From positions 1-51,111 of the forward strand of contig JAEOTB010000115.1 of assembly GCA_016840065.1 (NCBI GenBank): 51,111 nucleotides of DNA, written 5' to 3'. Below the pieces are notes generated by a model that was not told where the DNA came from, did not search any database, and saw only the letters and a list, made by a program, of their open reading frames with translations. Made by a program: the position numbers and the translations under genes. This DNA comes from Candidatus Hermodarchaeota archaeon (GTDB lineage: Archaea; Asgardarchaeota; Hermodarchaeia; Hermodarchaeales; Hermodarchaeaceae). Shown here one piece after another: positions 37,083-47,284 of this stretch (the stretch's first letter is position 1; every line of letters begins with the position of its first letter).

Positions 37083-38411
37083 CTAGGTAATTATTGGTTC
37101 AATTCCTAGGATTTCACAGAAGTCGAAAAGCTCGCTAACGACATTGCCGTAGATCATATGTAAATGGTTCGAGCGGGTGTGCTGCAGGAAGAAATGGGGG
37201 TCTCCGTCTAGTTGTATGAATGCGTGGGGCCATCGGTCACGGGCTTCTTTGAATGTCTCCTTAGGTTGTTCGAAGGCTTTGCCTGTGGCAATGTGCAGAA
37301 CATAATTTCCTGCGACCCGACTAAGCCGAGCGATTGTGACTGGACCCTCTTTGCAGCAGAATGTGGGACAGGCACCAGATTTCTCACCCATGTAGTCATA
37401 CTGGGGGTTCCATTCTACGTCCTTGGGCGAGGATGCCATTGTTGATGCGATTGTGCCACAATTCACGATACGAAGAATACCGGTGTTCATGTCTAGATCA
37501 TTAACATCGCCGAAGAGGACTGGTCCGTCTGAGAGTAGATGGAGGATACGCATGGTGAGAGCGGCGTTCATATCGGCTTCACACCCAAACATGAATCCAT
37601 CATCTATTAGGAGGGAGATCGGCATGCATCCACTCACGTAGTTGCCGATGAATTCTGGTTGGCATTTGAAGCCCCCAAAGGCGTAGCCTTCTTTCTCCAT
37701 CATCTCCTTTAACGCGATGTATAGGCGGATGCTCCTTTCCAGTACTTCATCGGAGACATTTACTGCACCATAGGTTTTCTTCACCCAAGCCATCTTGGAC
37801 TTGACCTTTTGAGCAGATACCTTCTGAGCCTCTAAATACGGGCGGAGCATATCTACGTGTTCCATCTCGGTACCAAAAAGGTCCTTGACCTGACTGAAGT
37901 CCACATGGGCTGTGATCATGCCCATAGTTTTGCCGCCGATTACTACGGCTTTGCTGCGGCTCAGGTTATCTATTACCATGGCAGCCCTGCAGTAGCTCAT
38001 GATTGCGCCAAGTACCTCGGGATCCTCAGGTTCACCGAAGACGAAACTGTGCTCAAGACCTAACTCGTCAAGGCTTCCGTGGGTTATGGCAGCACCTACT
38101 AAGCTGAAGGAGGCGGGGCTTCGATACCCATAAACGATGCTTGGGAGACCAGTGGCTTGCACGGAGGAAACCACCATTGGTGCATATATCCACGTTGCGA
38201 CGTTGTAGATTATGCATTGGAGGCGCTGGTGTAGCATGTCCTCGGAAACACGTACGGCATCTTCCATGGTGAGGACGAGGTCCTGATGCGCAGTAACTTC
38301 GAGGTCCTGCTTCTGGAGGGCACTCAGTAGCTCTTTGTGTGCCTTTTCGGCGATGTCGATTCTTTCTCTTGCAAGGGAGAGGGTGATGAGTCCGACTTTT
38401 GGTTTTGGCAA
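37083..38411 (-). CDS. L-fucose/L-arabinose isomerase-related protein
   Basis: KCQPE, CEADMN, NCG and C-terminal SNHLHM.YG metal-ligand pattern. Confidence 0.82.
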   Translation of the reverse strand: MPKPKVGLITLSLARERIDIAEKAHKELLSALQKQDLEVTAHQDLVLTMEDAVRVSEDMLHQRLQCIIYNVATWIYAPMVVSSVQATGLPSIVYGYRSPASFSLVGAAITHGSLDELGLEHSFVFGEPEDPEVLGAIMSYCRAAMVIDNLSRSKAVVIGGKTMGMITAHVDFSQVKDLFGTEMEHVDMLRPYLEAQKVSAQKVKSKMAWVKKTYGAVNVSDEVLERSIRLYIALKEMMEKEGYAFGGFKCQPEFIGNYVSGCMPISLLIDDGFMFGCEADMNAALTMRILHLLSDGPVLFGDVNDLDMNTGILRIVNCGTIASTMASSPKDVEWNPQYDYMGEKSGACPTFCCKEGPVTIARLSRVAGNYVLHIATGKAFEQPKETFKEARDRWPHAFIQLDGDPHFFLQHTRSNHLHMIYGNVVSELFDFCEILGIEPIIT

Positions 38412-38523
38412 TAAGATTCCTCAGGTTTTGATTCTAAATGGGGTTTTCTGATTGCATATTTATTTTTGCCGATTCCTTTTTGAGGATAGTTACTGATTGA
38501 ATAGAGCTTGAGGTGTTAGGCAG

Positions 38524-38898
38524 TTGGACGTTGAAAACGGTGAATTTGCAGATATGCCACGTGGTGATCGGATTAGAACAGCAATGTCTGTATTAAGGAC
38601 GTTGGAATCTAAGCGGCGAAGCCGTCTTTCTGTAATGCGAACAGGAATCGGAATAATCACCATTGCTATCTCAGTTTTGATGGTGCTGATCACAACTTCC
38701 CAGCTCTATGTTCTTCAGGATGTTCTCTATCTTGTGACAGCCCTTGTGATTATAGATGCGGCTCTGGTAGTAATTGGTAGCTACCTTGTTATTAAGGCCT
38801 TGAGGGAAATTCGTAGAATCGAACGCAGAGAACAAGCTATTGATTTTGACCTAGATGATTTGGCTACACTTTTTGGTAGGCTCTTTGACGATGACTAA
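38524..38898 (+). CDS. Small 2-TM membrane protein (DUF202-like)
   Basis: RSRLS.MRTGIGI followed by two TM helices. Confidence 0.65.
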   Translation: MDVENGEFADMPRGDRIRTAMSVLRTLESKRRSRLSVMRTGIGIITIAISVLMVLITTSQLYVLQDVLYLVTALVIIDAALVVIGSYLVIKALREIRRIERREQAIDFDLDDLATLFGRLFDDD

Positions 38899-39024
38899 TC
38901 TAGTTTCTAGCGCGCTATGGACTTAAACGGCTAGAGATTAGAGGAAGCTCAATGAGCCGCAAATACTAGAGGGTGCAAACTTCTTAAGAAGAACAAGTTT
39001 GATGAAAGACCCGTCAGGTGCAAT

Positions 39025-39423
39025 TTGTTGGATTTGAGTAGCCTAGAGGTGGAATCCCAGGAAGATGGCGACCAGACACGGACAACGATGGCGCGGATTC
39101 GGACAGCAATGGCTGTCTTGCGAACATTGCAGTCGTTGAGACGCAGCCATCTTTCAGAGATGCGAACTGGCATAGGTATAATCACAATCGCCCTTTCCAT
39201 ACTGACCATACTTATTACAACTTCAAACCTTTACAGTATTCCAGATGTTTTCCTACTATTATCAGCTCTTATTACCATTGATGCAATCCTAGTTGTTTTC
39301 GGAAGCCATCTCGTTATCAAGGCTCTAAAAGAGATTCGTCGAATCGAGCGGAGAGAGAAAGCAATAGATTTCGGCCTTGACGATATTAGCACCGTGTTTC
39401 GTATGCTCTTCAAAAAACACTAG
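39025..39423 (+). CDS. Small 2-TM membrane protein, tandem paralogue
   Basis: Shares RIRTAM.VLRTL, MRTGIGIITIA and VIKAL.EIRRIERRE.AIDF with the previous gene. Confidence 0.65.
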   Translation: MLDLSSLEVESQEDGDQTRTTMARIRTAMAVLRTLQSLRRSHLSEMRTGIGIITIALSILTILITTSNLYSIPDVFLLLSALITIDAILVVFGSHLVIKALKEIRRIERREKAIDFGLDDISTVFRMLFKKH

Positions 39424-39431
39424 AAACTGAA

Positions 39432-40724
39432 TCATACTAGTTTCTCTGCATTGAAGGCTAGAAAGGGAACATAGAGTTCGTCGGAGGACAATGATCCATG
39501 GTGTCCAACGAGCTTCCGTCTGGGAAGGAGGCCCTCATGCCCTGGTCTATGATATTCTCGTTCAATTTCGGTATCAACCCCATCGCGGCATATTAGGAGA
39601 AGATCACCGAGTCTTCCAATTATGCGTCTAGTGATTTTTCCAGGAAGGAGCCGCGCCTTGGCTATCTCTTTTGTATCTAGGATGAGGGCGCGGTCTTCTA
39701 CATGTGCCTTAAGCCATTCCTTGAGTTTTTTCCGCTTCCCTGAACTAGCACAGTAAAAATGGGTGACACGCCCCGAATGTCCAGGGGGACCTATTAGAGT
39801 TCCCTTGACTTCTTCTAGATCTTCCTTTGAGAAAAGTATCTTCCTCTCCTCGTGGAGTGGAGTTTGACCATGATCGGAACATATGATGATGGTGGTTTCT
39901 TTGGCCTCGGATGGTGTGAGGCGTTCGATGAAGGCGCGTAATTGGCGTAGAAACAAGTTACAGCTTTCGCGATATTCTTGAGAGTAGGGACCAAACTTGT
40001 GGGCTATGTAATCAATGATTCCGAAGTATAATGTAGCGAATATGGGTTGAGTTGGATAATGGTCAATTAGACGGCGGGTCATACCAAATGCATCGATGTA
40101 ATCAGTGTAAGGTAGGATGTTCGGTTTATCTGTGAAGAAATGTCCAAGTCCAGTTCCAGCGATGTGGTTTGGAAGTCCGTCTGCGTGTACCACTGGGGCT
40201 TCATGTTGCTGACTCAGAAGGTCAACGACTGGTTTACTCCAGAGAAGTAAGCGTACATCGATGCCAGCAGTCACTATCGCATCTCTAAAACGAACTCCCT
40301 GTCCTGCCATACGCAAAGTGTCTATCACGTTCCCGTATTCTGGGAAGAATATTCGATGCCCCAGGATGCCGTGCTCTGTGGGAGGAACTCCCATATGGAT
40401 ACTTGTTACAGCACTTGATGTGATTGAAGGAAACGTACTAGATAATGTGATGCCATCTATATCGTCGAAAAGTTGACCTAGCTTACTACTCTGTATGTTA
40501 CTTACACCTAGGCTGTCTACTAGGCAAACAATAACGCGTCGAGCGTCCATGGCATTGTTTTTCTTAAGATGAGTGCGTACTTCAGGAACTGAGAACAGGT
40601 CATCCCTTGGAACCTTTCTTCCCATACAGCGAAGCGCTGTGGGGAATACCTTGTAGATGTTCCTTTTGTAATCAGGGAGGTACAAATCATCAGTATCCAT
40701 CAGTAAGTTTCTCGAAACAGTCAC
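39432..40724 (-). CDS. Alkaline-phosphatase superfamily / type I phosphodiesterase
   Basis: VDSLG, STFPSIT, D..AH..GP, SDHG and HHGS motifs. Confidence 0.88.
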   Translation of the reverse strand: MTVSRNLLMDTDDLYLPDYKRNIYKVFPTALRCMGRKVPRDDLFSVPEVRTHLKKNNAMDARRVIVCLVDSLGVSNIQSSKLGQLFDDIDGITLSSTFPSITSSAVTSIHMGVPPTEHGILGHRIFFPEYGNVIDTLRMAGQGVRFRDAIVTAGIDVRLLLWSKPVVDLLSQQHEAPVVHADGLPNHIAGTGLGHFFTDKPNILPYTDYIDAFGMTRRLIDHYPTQPIFATLYFGIIDYIAHKFGPYSQEYRESCNLFLRQLRAFIERLTPSEAKETTIIICSDHGQTPLHEERKILFSKEDLEEVKGTLIGPPGHSGRVTHFYCASSGKRKKLKEWLKAHVEDRALILDTKEIAKARLLPGKITRRIIGRLGDLLLICRDGVDTEIEREYHRPGHEGLLPRRKLVGHHGSLSSDELYVPFLAFNAEKLV

Positions 40725-40904
40725 TCGTTTTCCCTACTAGTTGTTCGATTTATATGCGCTTTTAGTTAATTCAGACGACTTATGTATATTCGCTTTCTTT
40801 TAAACAAAATCTCACGAAAATAAGGGTGGAGACTTCAGCGAAAGACTCTTTTGGAGACCTCTTGAACATTCTAGGAGTAGAATCCATTTTAATTAAGGGA
40901 TTAC

Positions 40905-41804
40905 GTGATGGTGGTCCTTGGACTTGCCGTGTTTGAGTTTGACCCTAAACTGGGACCCAAAGAGGTGTACAGGACTAGTGAAGTTGAGGAGATAACCATT
41001 GAAGAAGCTGTGGCCATCTTTGCAACACACAGCGTTTTTTCTGGAGGGTTTCGTGGCGTTCACATCGGAAAACGAACTTGGGCGTCTTATATCAAGAAAC
41101 CTTGGGTTATTGCCCTCCTCCTCTCCCCCGACGAACCAATCGGCCCATTAGAAACTGCCGTTCACACTATCATGAAACAGGTCGAACTGGGGGAAAGTCC
41201 TACAGAGAGACAATGGGAGAATATTCTTCACAAAATCATTCGAGAGATACAGAAATCCCCAGCATCAGACCTGCTCACCTCCAAATACACAGCTGATTTT
41301 CTGAAGAGACTCTTAAAGGAAGGAATAACAGCCTTTGAACCTCAGTTTAACTTTGAGATTGGCGTCATTTATCCAGAAGCAGATCGAATAACTGGATTGA
41401 ACTCGTATGACACGAGGCTCTTCTTGGAAAAGTTAGCGCTTGCAGGCATCTTTGTAAGCGAGCCTGCGGGTGGTGCTCTTATATGTCCCAACTGTCAGGG
41501 CTTCAAAATAGCTGTACGCTTCACATGCCCACAGTGCCAAGCCACAGCCCTTGAAAAGATTCGAATCGAAATGCCCATGGCTTCACAACCAGATAATCCT
41601 GGCACTGGCAAAAATAATCCGCATTTTTCTTGTCCTAATTGTATGAATCTCACTCAGAAACCCACTATCACCCTCGAGTGCACCGATTGTGAGAAGCAGT
41701 TTCACACTTCTGATGCTGAGTACCGCCAACTCTTCCGTATCATCTTAGAAAAAAGTTCAGCAAAAGCACTAATTCAACGAATCAAAAAGAAGTACCTAGG
41801 TTAA
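40905..41804 (+). CDS. Longin/uDENN-like N-domain fused to a winged-helix plus Zn-ribbon (TackOD1-like) domain
   Basis: N-terminal AVFEFDPKLGP. C-terminal G..YP...LEKLA..GI followed by four CxxC pairs (CPNC, CPQC, CPNC, CTDC). Confidence 0.65.
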   Translation: MMVVLGLAVFEFDPKLGPKEVYRTSEVEEITIEEAVAIFATHSVFSGGFRGVHIGKRTWASYIKKPWVIALLLSPDEPIGPLETAVHTIMKQVELGESPTERQWENILHKIIREIQKSPASDLLTSKYTADFLKRLLKEGITAFEPQFNFEIGVIYPEADRITGLNSYDTRLFLEKLALAGIFVSEPAGGALICPNCQGFKIAVRFTCPQCQATALEKIRIEMPMASQPDNPGTGKNNPHFSCPNCMNLTQKPTITLECTDCEKQFHTSDAEYRQLFRIILEKSSAKALIQRIKKKYLG

Positions 41805-41812
41805 AACGCTAC

Positions 41813-42355
41813 TCAGTCCCTAGATGAAGCCACCTTCTCATATTTCTCCCAAATTCTCTCAGATAATCTCTGGAATATATCAGTTACGTGAATGCTTTCT
41901 TTTGAGCTACTTTCAATGAAATTCATCTTGTCTTGCTTCGCTCGCTTTTCGCCCTCTTTTGTGGTAACTGCGCGTTGATCCTCTAAATCCAATTTGGTAG
42001 CGACAAGCTCGATGGGAATTCCCTTGCAATGCTGGTAAACCTGCTGAATCCAGTAACCAACTCGTTCGAAACTCTGTCTATTAGTGATATCGTAGGCCAC
42101 CACTGCTCCAGCGGCACCTTCAAAGTAGAGACCCCTGATGAAATCGAATTTCTCCTGTCCAGCAGTATCGTATATCACTATTTTAATGGAGGAATCTTTC
42201 ACTTCAATTACCTTGCTGAAGAAATCGACGCCCAGAGTAAACATGTAGGATTCGTCAAATTGATCTATTGTGAAGCGTCTTGCGAGAGCGGTTTTTCCTA
42301 CCTCGGCATCCCCGACTACGATTATCTTGTATACAATATCAGCGATATCCGCCAT
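41813..42355 (-). CDS. Rab-like small GTPase
   Basis: GDAEVGKT, TLGVDFF, YDTAGQEKF, YFEGAAG, TKLD and ESSSK. Confidence 0.93.
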   Translation of the reverse strand: MADIADIVYKIIVVGDAEVGKTALARRFTIDQFDESYMFTLGVDFFSKVIEVKDSSIKIVIYDTAGQEKFDFIRGLYFEGAAGAVVAYDITNRQSFERVGYWIQQVYQHCKGIPIELVATKLDLEDQRAVTTKEGEKRAKQDKMNFIESSSKESIHVTDIFQRLSERIWEKYEKVASSRD

Positions 42356-42536
42356 ACTAGACTTCACATTCCTAGAGTGTTACTATCCTAGATTTCTTGT
42401 CTGATTCACCTTTAAATTTGCTGATTCGTGGGAAAGTTGGGTCAGCTTGCTATTCTATTATTTCAAGGTAGGCGAAAATATATGAGGCGACGAGTAACTG
42501 GGTATGACTAACTGGGTTTCAATTGGGACGACAATA

Positions 42537-43850
42537 ATGCCTGACACCAATAACCAATTCAACTTACCTGTCGACGAGTTGCCAAGGAAATGGTACAATA
42601 TAGCTTCTGATTTACCTGAGCCACTTCCTCCTCCTAAGGATCCATCAGAGGGACCTTCCCGGGTCGAGATGCTACCGAAGTTCATTCTGAAGACTTGTCT
42701 CGGACAAGAAATGTCTTCAGACAGCTGGATAGACATCCCAAAGGGCATCCGGGAGCTTTTCATTCAAGCTGGGCGACCTCGCCCCTTAATGCGAGCCTCC
42801 AGACTGGAAAAAGCGCTAAAATTACCGAAGACAATTCGACTCTATTATAAACGAGAGGATCTCAGCCCCACAGGTTCACACAAAGTCAATACCGCATTGG
42901 CACAGACCTACTATGCTGTGAAAGAAGGGTACTCTGAGGTAGTCACGGAGACAGGAGCTGGACAATGGGGGTCAGCTCTTTCATATGCAGCTGCATTGAA
43001 TGACTTGAAGTGCCGTGTTTTCTGGACGCGAGCCGCGTATCGGTGGAAGCCAGGTCGTCGTACACTCATGAATCTATATGGCTCCGATGTGTTTGCTTCA
43101 CCAAGTAAAGAGACCAAGTTTGGCCGTAAACTCCTAAAACAGAATCCACAACATGTTGGCAGCCTCGGCATAGCCATCAGTGAAGGTATTGAGGACGCGT
43201 TAAACCGAGATGGCAGCATCTATTGTCTCGGAAGTGTCCTCAACCATGTACTTACACACCAGACCATTATCGGATTAGAAGCGATTGAGCAGTTCAAACT
43301 AGCAGACGATGAACCTACCCTCCTAACTGGTTGTTTTGGTGGAGGAAGCAATCTAGGCGGTTTTGTAATACCCTTTGCAGGTGAAGTACTCAGGAAGAAA
43401 CGAGAGTGCACATTCCTTGCATCGCAAAGTGAAGCCGCTCCCAACCTGGTAAAAGGGAAGTACATGTACGATCATGGTGACCATGCAGGACTAACCCCCC
43501 TCCTCAAAATGTACTCTTTGGGTCACGATGCGGAACTCCCAGAAATCTGGGCTGAGGGCATTCGGTATTCCAGCGCTGCTCCTCTGATGAGCGCTCTTCG
43601 ACACCATGGGCTTTTAGATGCGGTCGCATACCCAGTTGATGAGGTTCATGTGTTCACTCAGACCCGACGCTTCATTAGGACAGAAGGGTTCATCCCTGCT
43701 CCTGAGAGCTCTTACGGCGTGTGTGCTGCTATAGACAAAGCTCTGGAATTCAAGCAAAAGGGCGAAGAAGCAGTCATCGGCTTTAACGTGAGCGGACACG
43801 GATTCCTAGACATGCAAGGTTTTGCAAAACCATTAGGACTCGAATTTTAA
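42537..43850 (+). CDS. trpB2: Tryptophan synthase beta chain type 2
   Basis: WYNI, GSHKVNTA, TETGAGQWG, GSLGIAISE, LGSVLNHV, PAPES and SGHG. Confidence 0.93.
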   Translation: MPDTNNQFNLPVDELPRKWYNIASDLPEPLPPPKDPSEGPSRVEMLPKFILKTCLGQEMSSDSWIDIPKGIRELFIQAGRPRPLMRASRLEKALKLPKTIRLYYKREDLSPTGSHKVNTALAQTYYAVKEGYSEVVTETGAGQWGSALSYAAALNDLKCRVFWTRAAYRWKPGRRTLMNLYGSDVFASPSKETKFGRKLLKQNPQHVGSLGIAISEGIEDALNRDGSIYCLGSVLNHVLTHQTIIGLEAIEQFKLADDEPTLLTGCFGGGSNLGGFVIPFAGEVLRKKRECTFLASQSEAAPNLVKGKYMYDHGDHAGLTPLLKMYSLGHDAELPEIWAEGIRYSSAAPLMSALRHHGLLDAVAYPVDEVHVFTQTRRFIRTEGFIPAPESSYGVCAAIDKALEFKQKGEEAVIGFNVSGHGFLDMQGFAKPLGLEF

Positions 43851-43864
43851 ACATTGGAAACGAA

Positions 43865-44572
43865 TCAGCTTGGCTTTCGTAGTGTGAACCAGTGCCAGGT
43901 TGGATGACCTAGTCCTTGCTCAGAGCTGATGATATCAAAGCCGTGGGTTTCAGCTAATTCATCAACTTCTTCTTTAGAAAGGAAGTAGCGATCAAGAAGG
44001 CTAACATTTCTTCGTTCAATGTCACGACGAGTCTGAAAACGGAAGAAGCCACCAGGCCGCAAAACACGGTGTGCCTCACGGAAGTAGCCAGATATCGTGT
44101 TCAGGTTCATGTGCTGGAAGGCTATTACCGAGTACACAAAATCAACCGTAGCGGTTGGTAGAGGTATAGTACTCCCATTGTTTTGAATCACTTCCACATT
44201 TGAGTAGCTACGAAGTCGATACCGAGCGTATTGCACCATATCGGCACTGAAATCAATGCCTATAACCTGACGAAACCGAGACGCCATTGGAGCTAGAATT
44301 CGGCCTGGACCACAGCCAATTTCAAGGACATGCCATGAAGGCTTCTGGTGGGATGCGAGAGCAGGTAGAATCCAAGACTCTACCCACTGATGACCAGTTT
44401 GGGCCCAAGCCTTCTCGTCTGTTGATGAACGGCTGTAAGTGATTCTCCGCAACCAGCTTCTATCACCTTGCCATACCTCGGGGTTTTCAGAGCCGCCCCT
44501 CATCCAAAGGAAGATGTTTCGCAGTAATCGAAGCGGAGGACATCGCTGAATCAAAGTTTTGATGTTCACCAA
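43865..44572 (-). CDS. Class I SAM-dependent methyltransferase
   Basis: VLEIGCGPGR, IDFS and RVLRPGG. Confidence 0.9.
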   Translation of the reverse strand: MVNIKTLIQRCPPLRLLRNIFLWMRGGSENPEVWQGDRSWLRRITYSRSSTDEKAWAQTGHQWVESWILPALASHQKPSWHVLEIGCGPGRILAPMASRFRQVIGIDFSADMVQYARYRLRSYSNVEVIQNNGSTIPLPTATVDFVYSVIAFQHMNLNTISGYFREAHRVLRPGGFFRFQTRRDIERRNVSLLDRYFLSKEEVDELAETHGFDIISSEQGLGHPTWHWFTLRKPS

Positions 44573-44597
44573 CAGCTATTCGCTCCTCGTAGTCAAC

Positions 44598-45338
44598 CTA
44601 GAACCCGATAAGTGGTGCAAAATAGATAACCACTATTGCTATTATGTTATTTGTAGCATGAGCAGCCCAGGGCACATAAAGACTCCATTTCCTCAGCTGG
44701 AACATATAGCCCCAATTCAAAGACATAAAGAAGAGAGGGAGAAACCTCCAAGGGTCAAGGTGAATCAGGGCAAAGAGCCCAGCACCGAGGACCAAACCTC
44801 CCCTTGCGCCGTAGTGATTCTCTGCTCCCTGCTGAATAACCCCCCGAGCGAATACTTCCTCGCAAAAACCCACAAGTACAATCATCATAATGATCCATAA
44901 AATAAACTCAATGGGGGATGTGGGTGTAAGTGTTTCACTCATGATATCGAAGTAAATTTGTGGTGGGGGTAGAAGCCATCTCCATAGAATGGTAATAGGA
45001 ATTGTTGCCACTAATGTGAAGAGTCCAATAGCCACGCCTACAAAGATGTCAGTGACAATGCTCTGGAGACCCTTGTGGGGACGAAGACCAATTTCGTCTA
45101 TGATTCTTGCTATCCATTGAGTGTTTTGGGGCTGGGGGATATCTCCTGTTTCGGTGGGTTTCTTTGATGTCCACCAAATCACAGGGAGTAGCGCAGCCAT
45201 TAGTAAGGAGAGCTCGGTTAACGCCAACCCAAAAAGTACATGAAATTGTAGAGTCAGAATCCCAACTGTAATCAAGAAAACGAGTCCAATGGCAACCACG
45301 GCTCCAGATATTCCGATCGGCCAAGTCGCTCTGGGCAT
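44598..45338 (-). CDS. CPBP/CAAX (Abi) intramembrane metalloprotease
   Basis: EEVFARG, FALIH and AHATNN motifs. Start moved to ATG 45338 to avoid overlap with the PLD gene. Confidence 0.88.
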   Translation of the reverse strand: MPRATWPIGISGAVVAIGLVFLITVGILTLQFHVLFGLALTELSLLMAALLPVIWWTSKKPTETGDIPQPQNTQWIARIIDEIGLRPHKGLQSIVTDIFVGVAIGLFTLVATIPITILWRWLLPPPQIYFDIMSETLTPTSPIEFILWIIMMIVLVGFCEEVFARGVIQQGAENHYGARGGLVLGAGLFALIHLDPWRFLPLFFMSLNWGYMFQLRKWSLYVPWAAHATNNIIAIVVIYFAPLIGF

Positions 45339-45396
45339 AGCATTCACCGGTTCTAGCAGAGCATCAGGAACTCTTAGTATGATAAAACGTTTCGCT

Positions 45397-45960
45397 TCAG
45401 GTTCCTGAATGGATACCTTGGCATTTGTTCCCTCTATGATAATAACAGCCTTGACACTGACTACCCGACCACACCCGATCGATAGCTTCTCGAATCCTCG
45501 TGATAGCAACAGGATTATTAGTCGTGAAGCCGACCTCGAAGTTGCGACGAGCTTTGCTTCGCATTCCCAGACCAGCTCCTGTGAGGTTTGCAGAGCCAGC
45601 ATACGCAAACCTATCGTCGACAACAACTAGCTTCATATGTTGCCGACCACAAAAGGCGAAATGAATATCGTCTCTGCTACTAAGCTCTTTGAAGACAAAG
45701 GATTTCTGGGCACCATCATGAGCGAGGAAATAGAACTCGACACCTTGCTTTCCTTTTTCTTTCACGATGTCTGAAAACCTCATTTTCATGCCACGGTATT
45801 CAAGATAAGGGTTCTTCAGGTTAGCCGTCGCTACTAAGACAAGGCGTTGGGCTTTTAGCAGCCCATCCCGCATAACCTTCTGATAGATGTCCCAGTCAAA
45901 ATGTAACTTGAAGGTTTCACCAATCATTTCAGAATCGCCATAACCGAATCTTGAATTCAT
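45397..45960 (-). CDS. Single-domain phospholipase D-like (HKD) protein, possible nuclease
   Basis: HMKLVVVD...GSANLT...NFEVG, with a C-terminal CQGC.....C. Start at 45960 or 45927. Confidence 0.85.
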   Translation of the reverse strand: MNSRFGYGDSEMIGETFKLHFDWDIYQKVMRDGLLKAQRLVLVATANLKNPYLEYRGMKMRFSDIVKEKGKQGVEFYFLAHDGAQKSFVFKELSSRDDIHFAFCGRQHMKLVVVDDRFAYAGSANLTGAGLGMRSKARRNFEVGFTTNNPVAITRIREAIDRVWSGSQCQGCYYHRGNKCQGIHSGT

Positions 45961-46021
45961 TATCCTATGGTTTCTAGGCGAAATTTCGTGCTTAAGAATG
46001 ATGGCAATCGGAATTACCTGA

Positions 46022-47203
46022 CTAGGCAACTGAGCGCTCAGTGAATGGTATCCGATAATAGGGTTGGTAATTTCGTAGGCGACGAAATGCGTGTAGCTTT
46101 TCTGGACGCCCGACCTTTGCCTTGTCTATTGCCCCCTCAAGGAAGGTAATTGCCTCGTCATAGGCCTTGCGATCAACTGGATAGGGGACACCGTCTTTAC
46201 CGCCAAACGCATAGGTCATGCGAACAGGATCCGCCCAAGAAGGTGCTTCGCCATATACAATTTCGCTGAGAAGTGCTAGTCCGCGTATAGTACTTGCACC
46301 CATTCCTTGGATGGCAAGAAGTTCTTCGAAGTTTGCAGGTTGTGCATCAAATACTTGGTTAACTGCGCGCCAATTCATCCTTTCAGGGAAGACCTCATGG
46401 TAGGGTATTATAGAAGGTTCAGCCAATGTGGTTTGTGGCCCCTCAACCCACAACATCAAAGTTGTTTTCTGATAGGAAAACTGGGTCTTGTAGGCATCGA
46501 ATTGCCTTTGCAGTGCCTCTGGCTTCGTTTCGCAAGCAATTGCTGTGCTGGCTATACGACAGTCTCTGCTTTCCCTTGCTGTCATATCTAATACTAGTTG
46601 TTGTCTTTTCCTAGAGAAGAGACCAGAGTGGGGCTCATCGACGAAAGACTTGAGATCCTTAGAAATCCAGTGGTAGCGTCGAGATGTACGGGTTTCCTCA
46701 TTCATCCCCTGTTGGACAACTGTCCAGTTTCCCTCCTCTGTGTCCAAGAAGAAAGAATGATGATACAGCTGGTAGCCATCCTGTAATGCGGCAGAGTCTA
46801 CCTTTGCCACCATTCGACTTGCACGGATCAGCTTATGAGCGGTATCCTCGCCTAGGCGGAGTTCATCTGCGATGGCTAGTAACTCATGAGGAGTTCGACG
46901 GCTCCTTGCTCCCTTTCCTCCCGCAACGGCTATTCCATGTTTATCTGGTGTCAACACCGTGCGAAGTACACCACAGAGCACCGTGGTGGTTCCGGATGAA
47001 TCCCAATCATATCCTAGTACATTGCTTAGGGCTTGGAACCATAAGGGATCTCCCAACCGAGTTAGACACTCTGCAATGCCATGTTCATCAACCATCACTT
47101 GGAAGAGAGCGTCTGCCATCGGCATCATTCTCTTCACTAGCCAATGCGGTGCTCGCCCAGGGTGCAGCCGCATCTCAGCTATTCCTGCCCGTTTCATTGT
47201 CAT
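46022..47203 (-). CDS. DUF763 domain protein
   Basis: LH.GRAP.WL, DP.WFQA...G.DWDSSGTTT, VVQQGMN..RRYHW and GGKDGVPYPV. Confidence 0.88.
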   Translation of the reverse strand: MTMKRAGIAEMRLHPGRAPHWLVKRMMPMADALFQVMVDEHGIAECLTRLGDPLWFQALSNVLGYDWDSSGTTTVLCGVLRTVLTPDKHGIAVAGGKGARSRRTPHELLAIADELRLGEDTAHKLIRASRMVAKVDSAALQDGYQLYHHSFFLDTEEGNWTVVQQGMNEETRTSRRYHWISKDLKSFVDEPHSGLFSRKRQQLVLDMTARESRDCRIASTAIACETKPEALQRQFDAYKTQFSYQKTTLMLWVEGPQTTLAEPSIIPYHEVFPERMNWRAVNQVFDAQPANFEELLAIQGMGASTIRGLALLSEIVYGEAPSWADPVRMTYAFGGKDGVPYPVDRKAYDEAITFLEGAIDKAKVGRPEKLHAFRRLRNYQPYYRIPFTERSVA

Positions 47204-47284
47204 CTAGTTCCACTCGCGCCCACAAATAGCTCTCAGGGTGTTGAAAAAGGGAGAGACGCCATGGGAAAAGTGAACGAGATTTGG

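Noticed and set aside
45339-45626. Long N-terminal extension of the CAAX protease overlapping the PLD gene
   Set aside because: Most likely an ORF-calling artefact; ATG 45338 gives a normal-length protein.
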